From Guillardia theta CCMP2712 (Eukaryota; Protista; Cryptophyta), in assembly GCF_000315625.1 (NCBI RefSeq), contig NW_005434637.1:319985-383984 (forward strand): a DNA stretch of 64,000 nucleotides. Direction: 5' to 3'. Shown here piece after piece: positions 40,704 to 54,352 of the stretch. Every line of letters begins with the position of its first letter. Within the stretch, counting starts at the first letter, position 1. The translations under genes were made by a program, and so were the position numbers. The notes under the pieces were generated by a model that was not told where the DNA came from, searched no databases, and saw nothing but the letters and a program-made list of their open reading frames with translations.

Positions 40704-43700
40704 ATGCCACTAAGGATCCTCTCACTGATGATTTCTGCGCTTGCCTTGCCCACAAGGGCGTCGACGAAGATTGCAACGTATTCCGATCGCTTCCTGGCAT
40801 TCAGCCCCGTGATAGAACGTGATTTCATGGGGAGACTGTTGGAGCCTCACCGACATTCTCTCCCATCTGAATCCAATCCTTTGCATCTAAGGGGTGGAAG
40901 TCGTAGAATGGACCGGAACTACAGTGCCTCTTCATATGAATTTCCAAGTTGAGATAATGTTGCTTACTTGAAGATGCTCATGAATTCGAGCAGGTCGGCG
41001 GCCGAATCATGAGAGGGAGCGACCATTCTCAGACTCCAGAGGCCGTGGAGGAAGAGACTCTTCTTGGTTAGTTCAGGCTGCACATCCAACGAACCCTCAC
41101 AGAGTGTGAGCAGGCGAGGCGGAGAGAGCGGCGGGGGAGGGAGCAATACCCCGAACATAGTGAGGGCTTACCACGAGGTCAGGTGGCAGGATAGGGCGGA
41201 AAGTGAAGGCTGAGCTCTTGTCAGGGCAACGTTGAGTACAGGTCATCACAGCCATCGGCAGGCTCGGATAGGAACCAACCTGGTGTGCGAGGGCGGGAGC
41301 CGTCCAGATTTAGCTCGAGGCAGCAGGCACCTCGCAGATATGAAGAACGTGGGAGTGAGGGTTTCCGCTCGTCAAGAGTCAGTTCTTGGACCTCTTGAAC
41401 CCGCTTTCTCCTGACTCCATGCCGTGTGGCAGCGGACTGATTCTGGGTATGGGGCAAGGGGTGAACCTCAGGTAGGCCAAACTCTGTCTTTGCCTTCACT
41501 GCCTGTCACTCATGCTCCCCTTTTACTTAGCCTCGAGTTTCAAGGGCCCAAACGAGCGAAAGAAGTCAAGAAGTGGTTAGCGACGAAGATGATTCGAAGG
41601 TCTTGCAGGATGCCGGATTGAACATCTCCTTGTTTGACAACTGCACAGAGTTTGAGGTTTTTTCCCTTTCAGCTTGTGGTTTCTCTTCATTGATAAAGAA
41701 ATGCAGGCACAAATGTTGAGAAATCAGATTGAATATTTGAAGAAGGTCGGCAAGGAAGAAACATTTCATCGTGGGAGGTTTCGTCGGTTGTTGACCTTGA
41801 TCGCGCTGAAATATTCTGATCCACCCAGGTATTGCTGGGATATAGATGACTGGATGGAGGTACTGATACTTGTCATGATCGATCTTGAAGTTTTTCATCA
41901 TTTTCATTCCTTCATCAAACGTCAAAAGTTTGGATTGACTTGGTACAGGAATGGATCGAGAGGCCGCAACAGTATGTTGCAACAGACAAAAAGGTCATGT
42001 CAATGGATTTCGATCTATCAGTTTGTCATTTCCTTTCAGTCATTGGACGCCCTGAAGAAAGAAGCGCAGAATTTCTTCTCTGAAGTGCAGGTCTTCTGGT
42101 CTAGAAAGCGTGTTGATGCTGATCCAAACGTGTACGACAGCGAGCAGGCGGAGTAGTTGTCCGCAAACACGGACTGAAGAAGTGGGCTGAAAGGAACATC
42201 TCCTACCATACTAATCTGAGTTTCCTTTCGATGGAAGTCGATCCTTGTCTACACCTTGAAGACTCGATACCCATCGTGAACTTCTCACAAGTCGAACAGG
42301 AGGCGGGCGGACAGGAGGCCGCCTCCGATGGCGACGATTTCATATTCCAACGAGAGACTCACAGGTTGGACGACCCGTTCAGCCCGACCACCCATTACCT
42401 CGAGGCCGAGAACTACGAGCGGATCTACAACCTTAGCTGGGACGAGGGATGGCCCAAGATGCTTGAGGATGAGTCAGAGATTCCTCCAGGCGTCTTCCGC
42501 TTCCTCGGCAGGACTAAGAACGGGGGATGGAGGAACCCGGGCAAGCACACACATCTCACAGGGGTACAAGTGAAGGCGCCAGGAAGTTGGTTCGAGGAGC
42601 TGGGGCAGAATGGACAGATGATCAGGATTCGAGGCCCCGCCTTCATGGCATTGGATCATGTGTTCCCATGGCGCGACAAGCAGTTCGAGCTGTTGGACAC
42701 CGACGACGTTCCCAGCAGGAAAGGCGTGCGAGTGCTGCAGCCAGCCATCGGGGTGAGGGTGCCCGACCTGCTGGAGTGGAGGGAGAGGCCGATCTGTGAT
42801 TGGATGGCGTGGAATGAAGGATGGTTCGTGGTGGATGTTGGGAGGGGGAGGAGAGTTCGCCCGACCCATTACTGCATGCGGAATGGCGGAGGAGTCTTGA
42901 GCAGCCCAGGAGCTTGGATTGTTGAGGGATCGTGCTCGCGGAAGGTTTGCAGATTTTTTCATCCTTGCTGCCTCTGCATCGCTCTCCTTCTCAGCTCCCT
43001 GCGCCTTCGTTGCGTCTCGTTTTCTTCTTCCATGTTCTCACGCTGTTCTGCCTCCAGGGCCCGTGGAGCGCGGTGGACATGCGAGGGTTCGATTTTGATA
43101 TCGAGACCGTGAGCTTTGAGGAAAAATATTTCGAGCGGGCAAAATCGAGAGTGAGAGGAGGGGAGAGGTTCCAACGCTGTTGGAAGAGCTGACACAGCCC
43201 CAACAGCAATACGTCTTCCCCAAGGACAATGAGAAGGGAGGTTTCAAAGAGCCCGAGGTCGAAATCCTCCGATCGTTGGCAAAGTCGTGAGTTTACTACC
43301 TCACAGGACGGCTACATCATACCAAAGTCTCACTGCTCGATCGTCTGGAGAACGACAGACATCGAGAAAGACTGGTAAATGATAAGGCTACTCCCTCTCC
43401 CTCCCTCCCTCCCCCTTCAATCACTCACTCAATCACTCACTCACTCACTCACTCACTCACTCACTCACTCACTCACTCACTCACTCGTTTATCACTCACT
43501 ATCTCTCTTCACCGCCATCTTCTATCATATCTTTGCTCACATGCTAGTCGCCTGACTTCTCCTGTCCCCTGCTGCCCTCCCTCTCCCCGCCCCTCCCCTT
43601 CGCTCAATGACTGCATGCTCAGGTATCGATTCATCCGAGTGACGCAGTTCAAGGCGATGGATTGCTTCACAAAGAGGATGTTCGTGCAGGTGGAGCAGGA

Positions 43701-45925
43701 GATGTCAGAACGTGGAGGGAAGGTGACATGAAGCAGGGGTTCGAGCTGTACGGCGAACTCAAGATGGGCTGCGATGAGATCGAGGTGAAAGTGGACGGGG
43801 AGGTGGGGTTCCAACAAGCTGCTGACGGGAGCAGAGGGAGGAGGAGGTGAACCCGCAAGAGCTCACTGACGAAGAAAACAACCTGCTGGCGGAGGAGGTG
43901 GAAATCGCACTCAAAAAGAAGGTTGTCACTTGGGACCCGAAAGATCTCATCGACAGGGAGCGACAGAAGGTTTCTGATGTGCTGAGTTTTTCTCTTGTGT
44001 CTAACCATGTTTCCTCCTCCTCCTCCTCCTGCTCCTCCTCCTCCTCCTCCTGCTCCTCCTCCTCCTGCTCCTCCTCCTCCTCCTGCTCCTCCTCCTCCCT
44101 GCCTCTGCCTCTGCCTCTGCCTCTGCCTCTGCCTCTGCGTCCTTCTGCTCCTCTGACTTTCTTTCTCGCTATTGCTCCTCTCCTCCTCCTCCCCTTCTCC
44201 TCTTCCTCCCCTTGTCCTCCTCCTCCCCTTGTCCTCCTCCTCCCCTTGTCCTCCTCCTCCCCTCCTTCTACTCCTGCTCCTGCTCCTCTCCCCTACCGCC
44301 AGAAATATTCCGGCCCAACATACGCCGACGAGATCACGCAAGCAAGCAGGGTGATCGAACATTCTTCTTTCTTGTCCGCTTCTCACTCTTATGAAGGCGC
44401 TGGAGGAAAGGTTCGAACGGATTACTGAAGAAGCACTCAAGGCCGGACAGGTTGACCCTCCTCCTCCTCCTTCTCCTTCTCCTCCTCCTCCTCCTCCTCC
44501 TCCCGCTGATCTTCCATACCGGCAGAGACAGCAGGTCGACATCTCTCCCCAGGACGAGGAAGAAGTGCAAGGGAAAGACAACGAGCTCGGGCAGATGTCC
44601 GCTTCAGAGATCCTTTACGTCGTCTGGGAGAGTGTAAGTTGCAGCAAACGCTTGGTCCTCCTCCTCCTCTTTCTCCACCTCCTCTTTCTCCTCCTCCATC
44701 TCCTCCTCCTGTTTCCCCTCCTCCCCTTTCTCCTCTTCCTCCGTTCTCTTCCTCCACCACAACCACGTCATCCTCCTCCTCCACCACCACCACCCCACCA
44801 CCACCATCACATCCTCCTCCACCTCCTCCACCTCGTCCTCCTCCTCCTCAATTTCCTCCATCTCCTCCACCTTTTTCTCCTCTCATCTTCCTTCACCTCC
44901 TTCTGCTCTCTTCCCCTAACACTGAGTAGGAGGACTTCCAACGGGCTGTACAAGATGTCATTCACTGGCTCAAGGGATGCAAAGATAGCGTGTCCACCGT
45001 CAGGTCCTGGCTTCGGACAGCCTCCTCCCACACCACCCAGAATGTCGACAAGACCTGCAAGGTGACTGATCCTCCCCCCTCTCCCTCTCCCTCTCCCTCT
45101 CCCCTCTTCCACTCCCTGGACATCTCCAACTCCGACTCCCACTCCAACTTCCTCAACCTCAACCTCAACCTCGACCTCTTGACTTTTTTTCTCACGTTTT
45201 CCTTTGTTTGCTTCGTGCTTTTTTACTCTCAACTGCCACCACCGCGTTTCTCCTCCTCCTCCTCCTCCTCTCTCCCTTCCTCCGTCCTTTCCTCCTTTCC
45301 TCTTTGCGCTATCCCCCTCCTCCCTCCTTCTTTCTCTTGCCCCCTCCCTCCATCGCTGCTCATCAACGCTTGTTCGTCTCAGCTTCTCGACAAGCTCTTA
45401 CAAGCAAGCGCCATCACCGCGTCGCAGCTCTCAGAAGCTGTTAGTGACCCCGAGACCGTTGACATCATCTCCTCCGACAACCCTCATCTCCTCAAGAGCT
45501 TGAACAGCATGCTTGTCGCTCACTCCATGCCCACCATCACCAGCCCCGAAGACGACGAGGGAGGAGGCGCAGGGGACGACCTCGAGGAAGAGATGGAACT
45601 TCTACGACAGCTTCGCCTCTCTCGATCCAAGGGACGGACACAGGAGCAGCAGCAGCAGCAGGGTTGGGAAGAGGAGGAGGAGCGGGGGGAGGAGGAGGAG
45701 AAAGATGGGGAGGACAACGATCTGGAACGGGAGGAGCAACCAGACGGCGAGGACGAACAGGAATGGCAAGAGGAAGAGGAAGAGGAGGAAGAATGGCGCG
45801 AACAAGGAGAGCGGCAGTTTGCAAGAGGCAAGGAGGGCAAGAAAGCTGAATCGTCGGAGCTTGAACGGACCTCTTCTACAGAACCCAGCGATGACACAAG
45901 CACGGTGGGAGGAGAGGGAAGCTGA
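40704..45925 (+). CDS. Large protein with N-terminal leader (LHLRGG), central discoidin/F5-8-type galactose-binding-like domain and acidic tail; many exons
   Basis: MPLRILSLMISALALP..; GVFRFLGRTKNGGWRNP, WFVVDVGRGRRVRPTHYCMRNG..AWIVEGS, YRFIRVTQF. Single-gene extent is inferred. Confidence 0.6.
43420..43500. repeat. (CACT)n intronic tetramer repeat; also at ~53525-53560
   Basis: Direct inspection. Confidence 0.9.
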
Positions 45926-45965
45926 CGAAGATGTAGGATGTTGCTTGCGAAGTTGTTTCTCTCCC

Positions 45966-46446
45966 TCATTCACGGATTAAAGTCACAAAGAATCTCCTCA
46001 CACTCTGCGTGTCTCCTTTCTCATCCACTCTCCCCAGCACAAGCTGTACGTGCGAATTCGCCTCCCCTACCAGGAGGTGCTGCGCTTGTACCACCGACTT
46101 GATCTCCACTCCATCGACTGCCAGCAGCAAGTCTCCTGCTCGGATCCTCGAGTCCCTGCGAGGCCGTCAGGATGTGCAGGCTCCCCCATCGTCATGCTCA
46201 CATGCCAGCGACGGAACCGCGCGCAATGCTCTCTACAACAACGTCATCCTCGTCCATGACCAGGACGAGCCCGAGAGGAGAGGGCTTGCGGCGCTTCAGA
46301 TCATCGCGATGAGCTGTGGGGGAGCTCATGGTCGCCTGCAACCTGGTGGGCTGCTGACGAGGAGGACGCGGAACGTTGTTCTGCTCTGCCTGCATCGCCA
46401 AGTCCGGGGCCCTCTGGGGAGAGCAGCAGTCAAACAGGTCGTTCAT
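45966..46446 (-). CDS. Small single-PDZ-domain protein (2 exons)
   Basis: LGLVLVMDEDDVVVESIARGSVA|..SRIRAGDLLLAVDGVEIKSVVQAQHLLVGEANSHVQLVL..VTLIRE*. Confidence 0.8.
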
Positions 46447-46724
46447 GCTGTCGTCGCAAAAATACCTCTCACCACCCCAAAAATGAACCTAGAATGTACC
46501 GGTGGTGTCATCCATTTTGACCCCTCTCATCTTAAGGAGGGAAAGCAGGAAGTCAGGGAAGATAGGTCAGGCTGATGATGATGAGGAGGAGGAGGAGGAG
46601 GAGGAGGAGGAGGAGAAGGGAGGGAGGGAGGGGTTGTGATCAAGTCACTTCGCGGTCCGTGTTCGTACTTCACTCAAACTCAACATAACAGAACCAAAGT
46701 TCGTAATTCACGCTGTCCTACTTG

Positions 46725-49069
46725 TCACACTAGCAACGGCATCATGTTTGCGTCCCCTTGCTGCATGGAGTGCAGGGAGATCGCCACGGCGAGCCCTCCT
46801 CCAAGAGCTCCTGCTGCTAGCAGGGTAAACTGCCGCAGACAACCCCGTCCTCTCGTCTTCACTCCATGACCCAAATGAATGCAGGGAGCATCCTTCGCCC
46901 GATCTCTCTCCTTCACGCTCTGCTCCTCCTTCATCTCACTCACTTCTTCCCTCACCCCACTGTCTCCTTCTTGCCTTCCCTTCTTCAGCAGCTCCTGCTG
47001 CAGGACCCCTTCAACCCCTGTCTCATTTGCTCGAGCTGCCTCGTCGCCCTTCCTTGAAAGCTGCACCTCCTCTGGCGACATTCCGTCCTCTCGTCTCCCG
47101 CATGCACTCTCTTCCACCTCAGACAGCAAGCTGCATGAGACCTCGAACTTCAGTCCCTTGTCCTCTCCCTCCTCCTCCTTTGCCTTCCCGTCGCTCCCCT
47201 GCAACCCAGGACTTTTCCTGCTCGTGCCCGACAAGTCTCGTTCGAGGTTCGAGGGCTGGCTTCCTCCTGAGGAGTCGCAGTCAGCGATGGAGGACAGCGC
47301 GGTCTCCTGGAGGGTGCCATGTAGCCACTGCGGGTTGTCGTCTGGAAGAGGAAGAGTCAGGGAGTAGGAGAGGAAGGGGGAGGAAATGATACTCTGGCCC
47401 GTAGATTCGTCTTCTTCGGCATGTACTGGGGAAGGATCCTCAACCTCCTCAGGAGCTGCTGACTTGTTGAGGAGCTGCAATGTAGGTCACGGGAGGATCG
47501 GGTGAGAGCGGGAAAGCAGAGAGATAGAAGGGATCGGTCAAGGGAGGAACAAAGATCAGGAAGGACGAGAAAAGATCTTGAAGGAAAGCGAAGGATCAGA
47601 GGTTGAGAGGTCGGGGAAGCGAACAGCGGAGGAGGAGGTAGAACCTCGAACTTCTCGTTGACAAGACCTTCGGTGACGATAGAGCGAGGAGTCATCGAAT
47701 TGAAGGACTCAGAACTTGACAAGTCACTTGTCTCTGAGTTTTCCATCGACAGCAACTCCTTCTTGTACTGGATACATCGTCCTCCTCGGGGCCTGGAGCA
47801 GGCAGCAGCAGTCAGTCGCGCTCGCCAGCCAGCTGTCAAACTTGACTCACGAGATCACGGTTGTGTTCAGGCGCTTCAGCTTCCCCCGCGGACTCGAAAG
47901 GCACAGGCCAAGGCCCAACTTCTTGAGCCCCAGGCTGACAGGGCTGGCGGAGTAGTGAGGAGAGGACATGTTTGCTCCAAGACGCAGCGAGGGAGGTAGA
48001 CTCAGAGCTGAGCTGGCAGGGGAGTAGGAGGGAGCGATGGGCGAGCCATCCATCCACTTGTCGTTACAATCATCGTGCTGAGACGCTGACAGAGTACCGC
48101 TCCTCTCGCTCTCTCGCCCTGTCTGCACCAGCCTCCACCGCATCTCCTCATCGTCGCCCTCATTGTTGTAGTCCGCCTCGTCCGCTAACCCCTCGCTCTC
48201 CTCCGACTCGTTGGCCGAGTCGGTCGACGAAGAAAGTCGGCTGCTCCTGCCATCGTCCGCGTCGTAGGTGACGTTCACATCTTCAACAACCGAGTGGCAA
48301 GAGTCTCCTGCTTCCAGGAAAGTCAGATGCAGGTCTGTAAAGCACAAGCATACGAACCATCGCTCCCTTCCTTTCCTTCTTCGTTGGACCGCAGGCCGTC
48401 CGTCCCCACCTCCATCCCTCCACTGGCTAAGTAGATAGAGTCGGTACATCCTCTTGACTGCTTCCCTAGCATCGCCTCCCCTTCGTCCTCTGCCTCGCAC
48501 TCTTTCCTAACATCCCCGCCGTCCTCCTGTCTCTGACAAGGAAGTACGAGCTCCTTCGTCTGATCATCTTGCCCTGCCGTCTTGGTTGTCCCTCCCCCGG
48601 TTCCCGTTTCTTCTCCTCTCCTTCTCAGGTCGGCCGTGTGCATATCATCCCCTCTCTCCTTTTGCTGCTCTGTGGATCCCTCGACCTCCTTGCTTCCCTC
48701 CCGCTCTTGATGTACATTGCCCCCCCCATGCTCCTCTACAGCATCCCTCCGAGGTGTCAGGAACATACTGACCTCTTCGTCCAACTCTTCTTTGACCGAC
48801 TCAGCCTCCTGCATGTGACAGGTGCACGCCGGATGTTTGAACTTGAGAGCCGGGCTCTTCCTATTGGTCCCTGGGGAGAACTCTAGCGCCTTGACATGCT
48901 CTGCCTTCGTGTGCCCGCACCCTCTGCATCTCCTGCACGCTGTGCCCTCCTGCTCCCCCTGCTTCTTCTTGGCCGGCGATCGCAGCAGCGACTCCTTCCT
49001 CGTGATCAGCTTCTTGCGCTCGTGGGGATCGTAGGGGATCTCCATATCGAAGTAATGGCCATTCATCAC
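46725..49069 (-). CDS. Low-complexity protein with Cys/His cluster and C-terminal transmembrane anchor; may be the 3' part of the gene starting at 50170
   Basis: CRRCRGCGHTKAEH..CTCH; long acidic/Ser exons; C-terminal FTLLAAGALGGGLAVAISL. Confidence 0.55.
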
Positions 49070-49099
49070 CGAAGCTTGCTCTCAAGTCAGCACATCTTG

Positions 49100-50170
49100 C
49101 ATGCAATCATGCATCATGCCTCACCATCCTTTCGACGATTCTCTTGGCACTTTTCAAACCTGCTCGATATCCACTGGTATCTGCCGTATTGCAAACATTA
49201 CGGCAGGAGTTGTAAGATGGTTCAGCTCACAGTTTGTAACATTCGTCGGAACTTTTGCCAGGATTCGCCCTCTTGCAAAGTCTATCACATGCAAATCAGG
49301 TGGAGCCACAGACAGATCAACATCACTTTTCCATCTTCAGCTTGTAGTTGCACTGATTCTTGAGCAGAAAGGCTTGGATCACCTTGAAATTCTGCTTCAT
49401 GCCATTCTCTGTTGTAGCAATCCAGAGCTTGAAAACGAAGCTCGTCAGTGCATAGGTTTGCCGACTTGCAATCAACAAAGCACAGTTTGCATCATCACGC
49501 CATCATTATAATCATCATCATTATCGCGCATCGTCACAGGAACTTTGGTACCTTTTCAAGTGGAAACTTTCCATAGAACAACCTATCAAGCAAGCGCCCG
49601 AAGACACAACCATCCTCGAGGCTTTGAAAATCTTCGAAGTTGTCGTCCAGCATCGTTCCAGCCCAAGACAGGACCTGCGATTTGCTCAAGTACCTTATCA
49701 AGAGTCAGTCCAAGAGCCCGGGCACCCTCCGCCTCCAGGCACCTGTTGCTGACCAGGTAACTCTGCGACGAGTTCTGACTCCCCGAGGTCTGCGATGTGT
49801 TGGGCGTGCTCGAGGTATCAGTCCACTCCAGCGAGCTCTCGAGGAGGAAGCCGGTGGTCGATGGAGAGGAACTCTTGTTGCATTCACTCCCTCCCGCCCC
49901 ATTGCCCCCCAGGAAGCTCTCTGCATAGCCGGTCTCTTGATGGACGATGGCTGTGAGCGCGTTCTCGACACGGTCCATCAGGGTGCAGCAATCTTGGACG
50001 AGATCATGGAGCACGTTGTTGTTCGGTGACATCTTGCAGATCTCCCTCTTCCCGATCTTTTCAAGGCCCTCGGTGATGGCCAAAGTTGGTACTTGATACA
50101 ACTCAACGTTTGCAGAGAGCGTTTCAAATTTCTCTTCTAGACTTCTGACCATTGTGTCCAGCTGCTCCAT
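49100..50170 (-). CDS. Hypothetical protein (first exon 49586-50170 plus short downstream exons)
   Basis: 194-aa ATG ORF with coiled-coil-like start; ~50-nt GT-AG introns visible at 49100-49600. Confidence 0.5.
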
Positions 50171-50922
50171 TCTTGCAGGATTTCGAGGCCTCGCAGCGCT
50201 CGCACAAGCTCAATGTCCTGAAAGGACCTTACAGGTTTGAACAGGCGCTCAGGTTGTTCTTCCTTCTCTCAACCGCCTACTCTACTCTCCTTCACGCATG
50301 ATGCATCTCACAAGATCGCGTAAGTCTCCCGTCCTTCAACTCGCTTGCCATCTTCGCGCACTCCACCTCCTCCTCCTCCTCCCCCTCCCTCCATCTCTTC
50401 GGCCCTACACCCTCGGCCATCAACAATCCATCTCATCGAGTTGTACCCCAACTACCCCCCCGTGGGCCCCGGCCCCCACCCAAAGGGTCACTACCCCACC
50501 ACCGCCACCTTGAGTTTTTGAAGTACCCACCCCTACAACGATACACCTCTCTATGTATGGAGGGATCAGTCCTTTTCGACCCCCTGGGGTGACTACCCCA
50601 CCGAATCAAAGTACCCTCAATAGTCCAAGTCTTTAGAAAGGGACGGTGGTCAGCATCAAGACCGTTTACCCACCCTCTTGTTTTCAGCAGACCACCCACC
50701 CTTTGGTTGAATTATTGGATTTTTGATTTGTACCACCCCCTCCGACTTCTACAAAAAAACATCTTGTAAAAGGTTGGCCCAACGGGTCATTGTAACGGAT
50801 AACGATTTTGGTAACGGTGCAGACCTATTTCCGTGGCATGGCAGTGGCGATGGGAAAGGGAGGAGGGAGCAGGTAACGGGAATGTACAGAAGCTTGTTGT
50901 AGGACTCGATCCGTCGGACAGG

Positions 50923-53900
50923 ATGGCTGAAGCAAGTATGTCGTCGGGTGCGGAGAAGGTGGCGAAGTACCGCAGACTGGTGGTGTTCTTCGCTTGTTTG
51001 GGACTTGTTGGACTAGTTTCTTACTTCTACAGTCAAAGAGATGACGGATTGGTGTACAAGGGGTACGATGATAATGTGATCCTCTCGTCAAGCAACGTGT
51101 ATGTCTCCGACACAGTCGCAAAGGAGAGGGCTGCAATTGCCCGAAGAAAGGAAATCAACGAAATTAATCGCGCCGAGGCTGTCTTGAAGGCAAAGATCTT
51201 AGCAGAACAGCTCAGTTCCCTGCAGAAACAGATAGGTGACCAGGGCTCGGTACTCAAAACTCATCTGAAAGTGCCCACGGAGAAGGAGCAAAGAGACACC
51301 ATCGTGGGAGCTTCGCCACAGGCTGTCATGGCGGCTAAAGACCGCCTTCACACCATGGCGCTGAAAAACTTGATAGTGAAGAGAAGAGACGACGATGATG
51401 TCACGAAGGCGCACTCGGGTGGAGGAGATGTGAGAGTGGAGGATCAAGGAAACGCGAGGGAGTCTCGGGAGCTGAGAATGGAGCTGAAGCACATAGAACA
51501 GCAGGAAGACAACGATCTTCAGTCGCTGAAGCACAAGATCGAGGGGTTTGGGAGCAAAGAGCGTCATCATCCATCCCATCTTGCCCTGGGCACGAACACT
51601 CCACACAAGGCGGAGGAAAGGGATTTTTTCGTAGAGAAAGGACAGAGTCTGGCGCTGAAGTCGAGCGACTCACGAGTTGTAAAGGACTTCAATGCGACTA
51701 ACGCGACTCTGAGAAAGGGCTCTGGTGAGAGATATGCAAGGGGCGATGGTTACCTCAGCGACAAGACATTGAATGATGTGTTGAGGCTCGCGAGGGAGGA
51801 CGAGGAGTACTTCCACTACGGCAGGTCTTTCAACAGATCGTCCCTTCGCCCACATGACAGCAAGCAGAACTCTGTTGCTTCCAATGCATCCAGCGCTGTT
51901 CTGAACAGCCTGATCGACTTGAACTCCTCCAGTTCATCGTCAGCAGCGGCGGAGTCGACCACACCGCATGTTGGTTCTTCGATCGCAACGCAAGCGGCGG
52001 AGCGCGTTGAGAAACATGTTGCTGTTCACCTGAAAGTTGAGAACCCGACCAAGTCTGACCCGGTGACTAAGAGCGAACAACAGCACCAGGTCATGGCGGG
52101 GAACATTTCTGCTGCGAAGAAGAAGCCAAGTGTTGCCAAGTATGCAATCAAGGAGATCAATCCGCTGAAAGTGATCGACCAAGCGCTGATGAAGGAGGCA
52201 GAGTCATCAGAACGCAAAACTCGTGAAACCGTCAAGAAGAGTCCTGAGCATGCGCCAGTGATTCATCCGGCCGTGAGAGAAGAGAAAGAAGTGAAGAAGT
52301 CAATCGTCGTTCACAAACATCGGTGAGTCCCATGTCGGGGTTGATCCGTTGCCGATCTCCTCTCTCCCGAGTGTGACGAGTCTCAGCAGGAGTGATGAGA
52401 AGAAGGATTGGCACGTCATCGACCCTCTGAAGATCATCAACAAGGCATACGACGAAGAGAAAATGAAGAGAGAATCGAAGTCAGTCGAGGACAAGAGGAT
52501 GGAAAACCACCGCCGGGTCGCTGCTGAAAGGTTCGCCGACCTCGTCCGTCTGAGCTGGGTCTTCTCACCTGTGTGCAGACTCGCGAAGTTGAACGAGCAG
52601 CATCTTGCCGTCCCTTCCTCCCAACAGCTCGCTGTAGATCACAGCAGAAAGGTATCCTCTATCCTCTCCCTCTCCTCACCTCGACCAGTAGGGTCAAACA
52701 GCCTCCTCCCCTGATTCAATTTTATTCACATCCCCTCCTCGTCCCTTCGCACTTCCTCCTCTCCTCCGCCTCTCCTTCCATCCTCTTCCTCCCTCCTCTT
52801 CTTCTCTCCTCCTCTCTTCCTCTCTCTCCGGCTCCTCTCAGCTCAGTGTTAGGGTGGAATCGCCAAAGCTCAACCCAAAGTCGTTCACCCTGTGAAAGAA
52901 CATCCAGAGGAGATGAATCCTCTCGAGATCATCAACGAGGCGCTCAAGAAGGAATCTGAGTCGACCCAGCCGAAAGGTCCTCCTCCTCCTCCTCCTCCTC
53001 CTCCTCCTCCTCCTCCTCCTCCTCCTCCTCCTCCTCCTCCTCCTCCTCCTCCTCCTCCTCCTCCGTCTGCTCACTATGTTACAGCCAAGGTACCTTCAAA
53101 GCCTGCTAAGGGTTCCATCCGCTACATGTTTGGGGATAAGGTTTACCACGATATTTTCTCCTCCTCCTCACCTCCTGCTCCCTACTTGCTCTGCTCGCCT
53201 CGCTCCCCCATGACTGTGCCGCCTCCTCCTCAGAGTGCCGCCTCCTGCGTCTGACTCTGTTTCAGGTCGGGGCCAAGGTTGGTTCGCTGATCCGGAAGGT
53301 GAGGAAGAGCGAAGGGATTTCCCCGAGGAAGGAGAGCAGGTGGGAGTGACGTCGTGCTGGGGAGGTGCTGAGGCCTCTGCAGGGGAGCAAAGGGGGTGCA
53401 TCCTTCGATCCTCGACACAGACAAGGTTCTTCCTCGCCTTAGTCCACATGAGCCAAAACAAACCTGCCCCACCCTCCACCCTCTACCTCCTCCTACTGCA
53501 CCACTCACTCCCTCCCTCCCTCCCTCACCCACTCACTCACCCACTCACTCACTCACTCGCTCGCTCGCTCCTCTTTCTTTCTCGTCCCCCTCCTCTCTTT
53601 CTTGTCCTCAAGGTACCGGACAGGACAAGGAGGCCATGAACGATCTCGAGCAGATGGACAAAGAGGGTCTGCTCAAGTCTGTGCAAGCGAAGCAGAAGAG
53701 GCTGGAAAGGATCGCGAGCCATGGAGGCAAAAAGGTGAGTGAGCGAGGAGGGAGAGAAAGAAGGGAGGAGGAGGAGGAGGAGGAGGAGGAGGAGGCCTGA
53801 ACGAGCTTACAGGTGAAGTTTGGAGAGCGGGAGCAGGAGGCGATGAAGGATCTTGAGGTGAAACGAGAGGAGGAGGAGGAGGATCAGTAACAAGGTTGAA

Positions 53901-54139
53901 GCTGCTCGACAAACGAGGGATGCTGAAGAAGACTTCGCAAGCACTCCAAGGCAGCAGGTGGAGGAGAGCAGGGCGAGAGAGTAGGAGGAGATGACATTTT
54001 TTTTAGCAGGGAGGGAGACGAGGAGCAGGAGCAGGAGCAGGATGATGGGCAAGACAGTGGTCACTCGATGCTGAACCTCTTCGGTTCTCAGGCAAAGGCT
54101 CGGTATCATGACCTGACCAAGTGGAGGAGCAAGGGATGA
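50923..54139 (+). CDS. Type II membrane protein with coiled coils and a three-times repeated [IM][ND]PL.[VI]I..A motif; multi-exon
   Basis: TM LVVFFACLGLVGLVSYFY after KYRR; long first exon; 3' end approximate. Confidence 0.65.
52978..53063. repeat. (CCT)n microsatellite, probably intronic
   Basis: Follows aag|gtcct and precedes ttacag. Confidence 0.9.
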
Positions 54140-54352
54140 AGAGGAGGAGGGGGCTACGGGCAGGCGATGTAGAATAATGATGGGGAATTGTACATGAAAT
54201 ACAGGATCGGCATTTTTTGGAGGAAGAACACATAAGGGAAAGAGGGGAAGAAGTGAGGGCGAGCAGGAAACGTGGCAGGGAAGGAGGAAGAGGGTAAGGG
54301 AGGAGGAAGGGAAGGCAAGAAGGGCATTAAGAAGCAAAGCAGTACGTATGGT

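Noticed and set aside
52892-53254. Poly-proline (formin-like) domain
   Set aside because: The (CCT)n run lies between a GT donor and an AG acceptor, so it is probably intronic; no FH2 domain follows.
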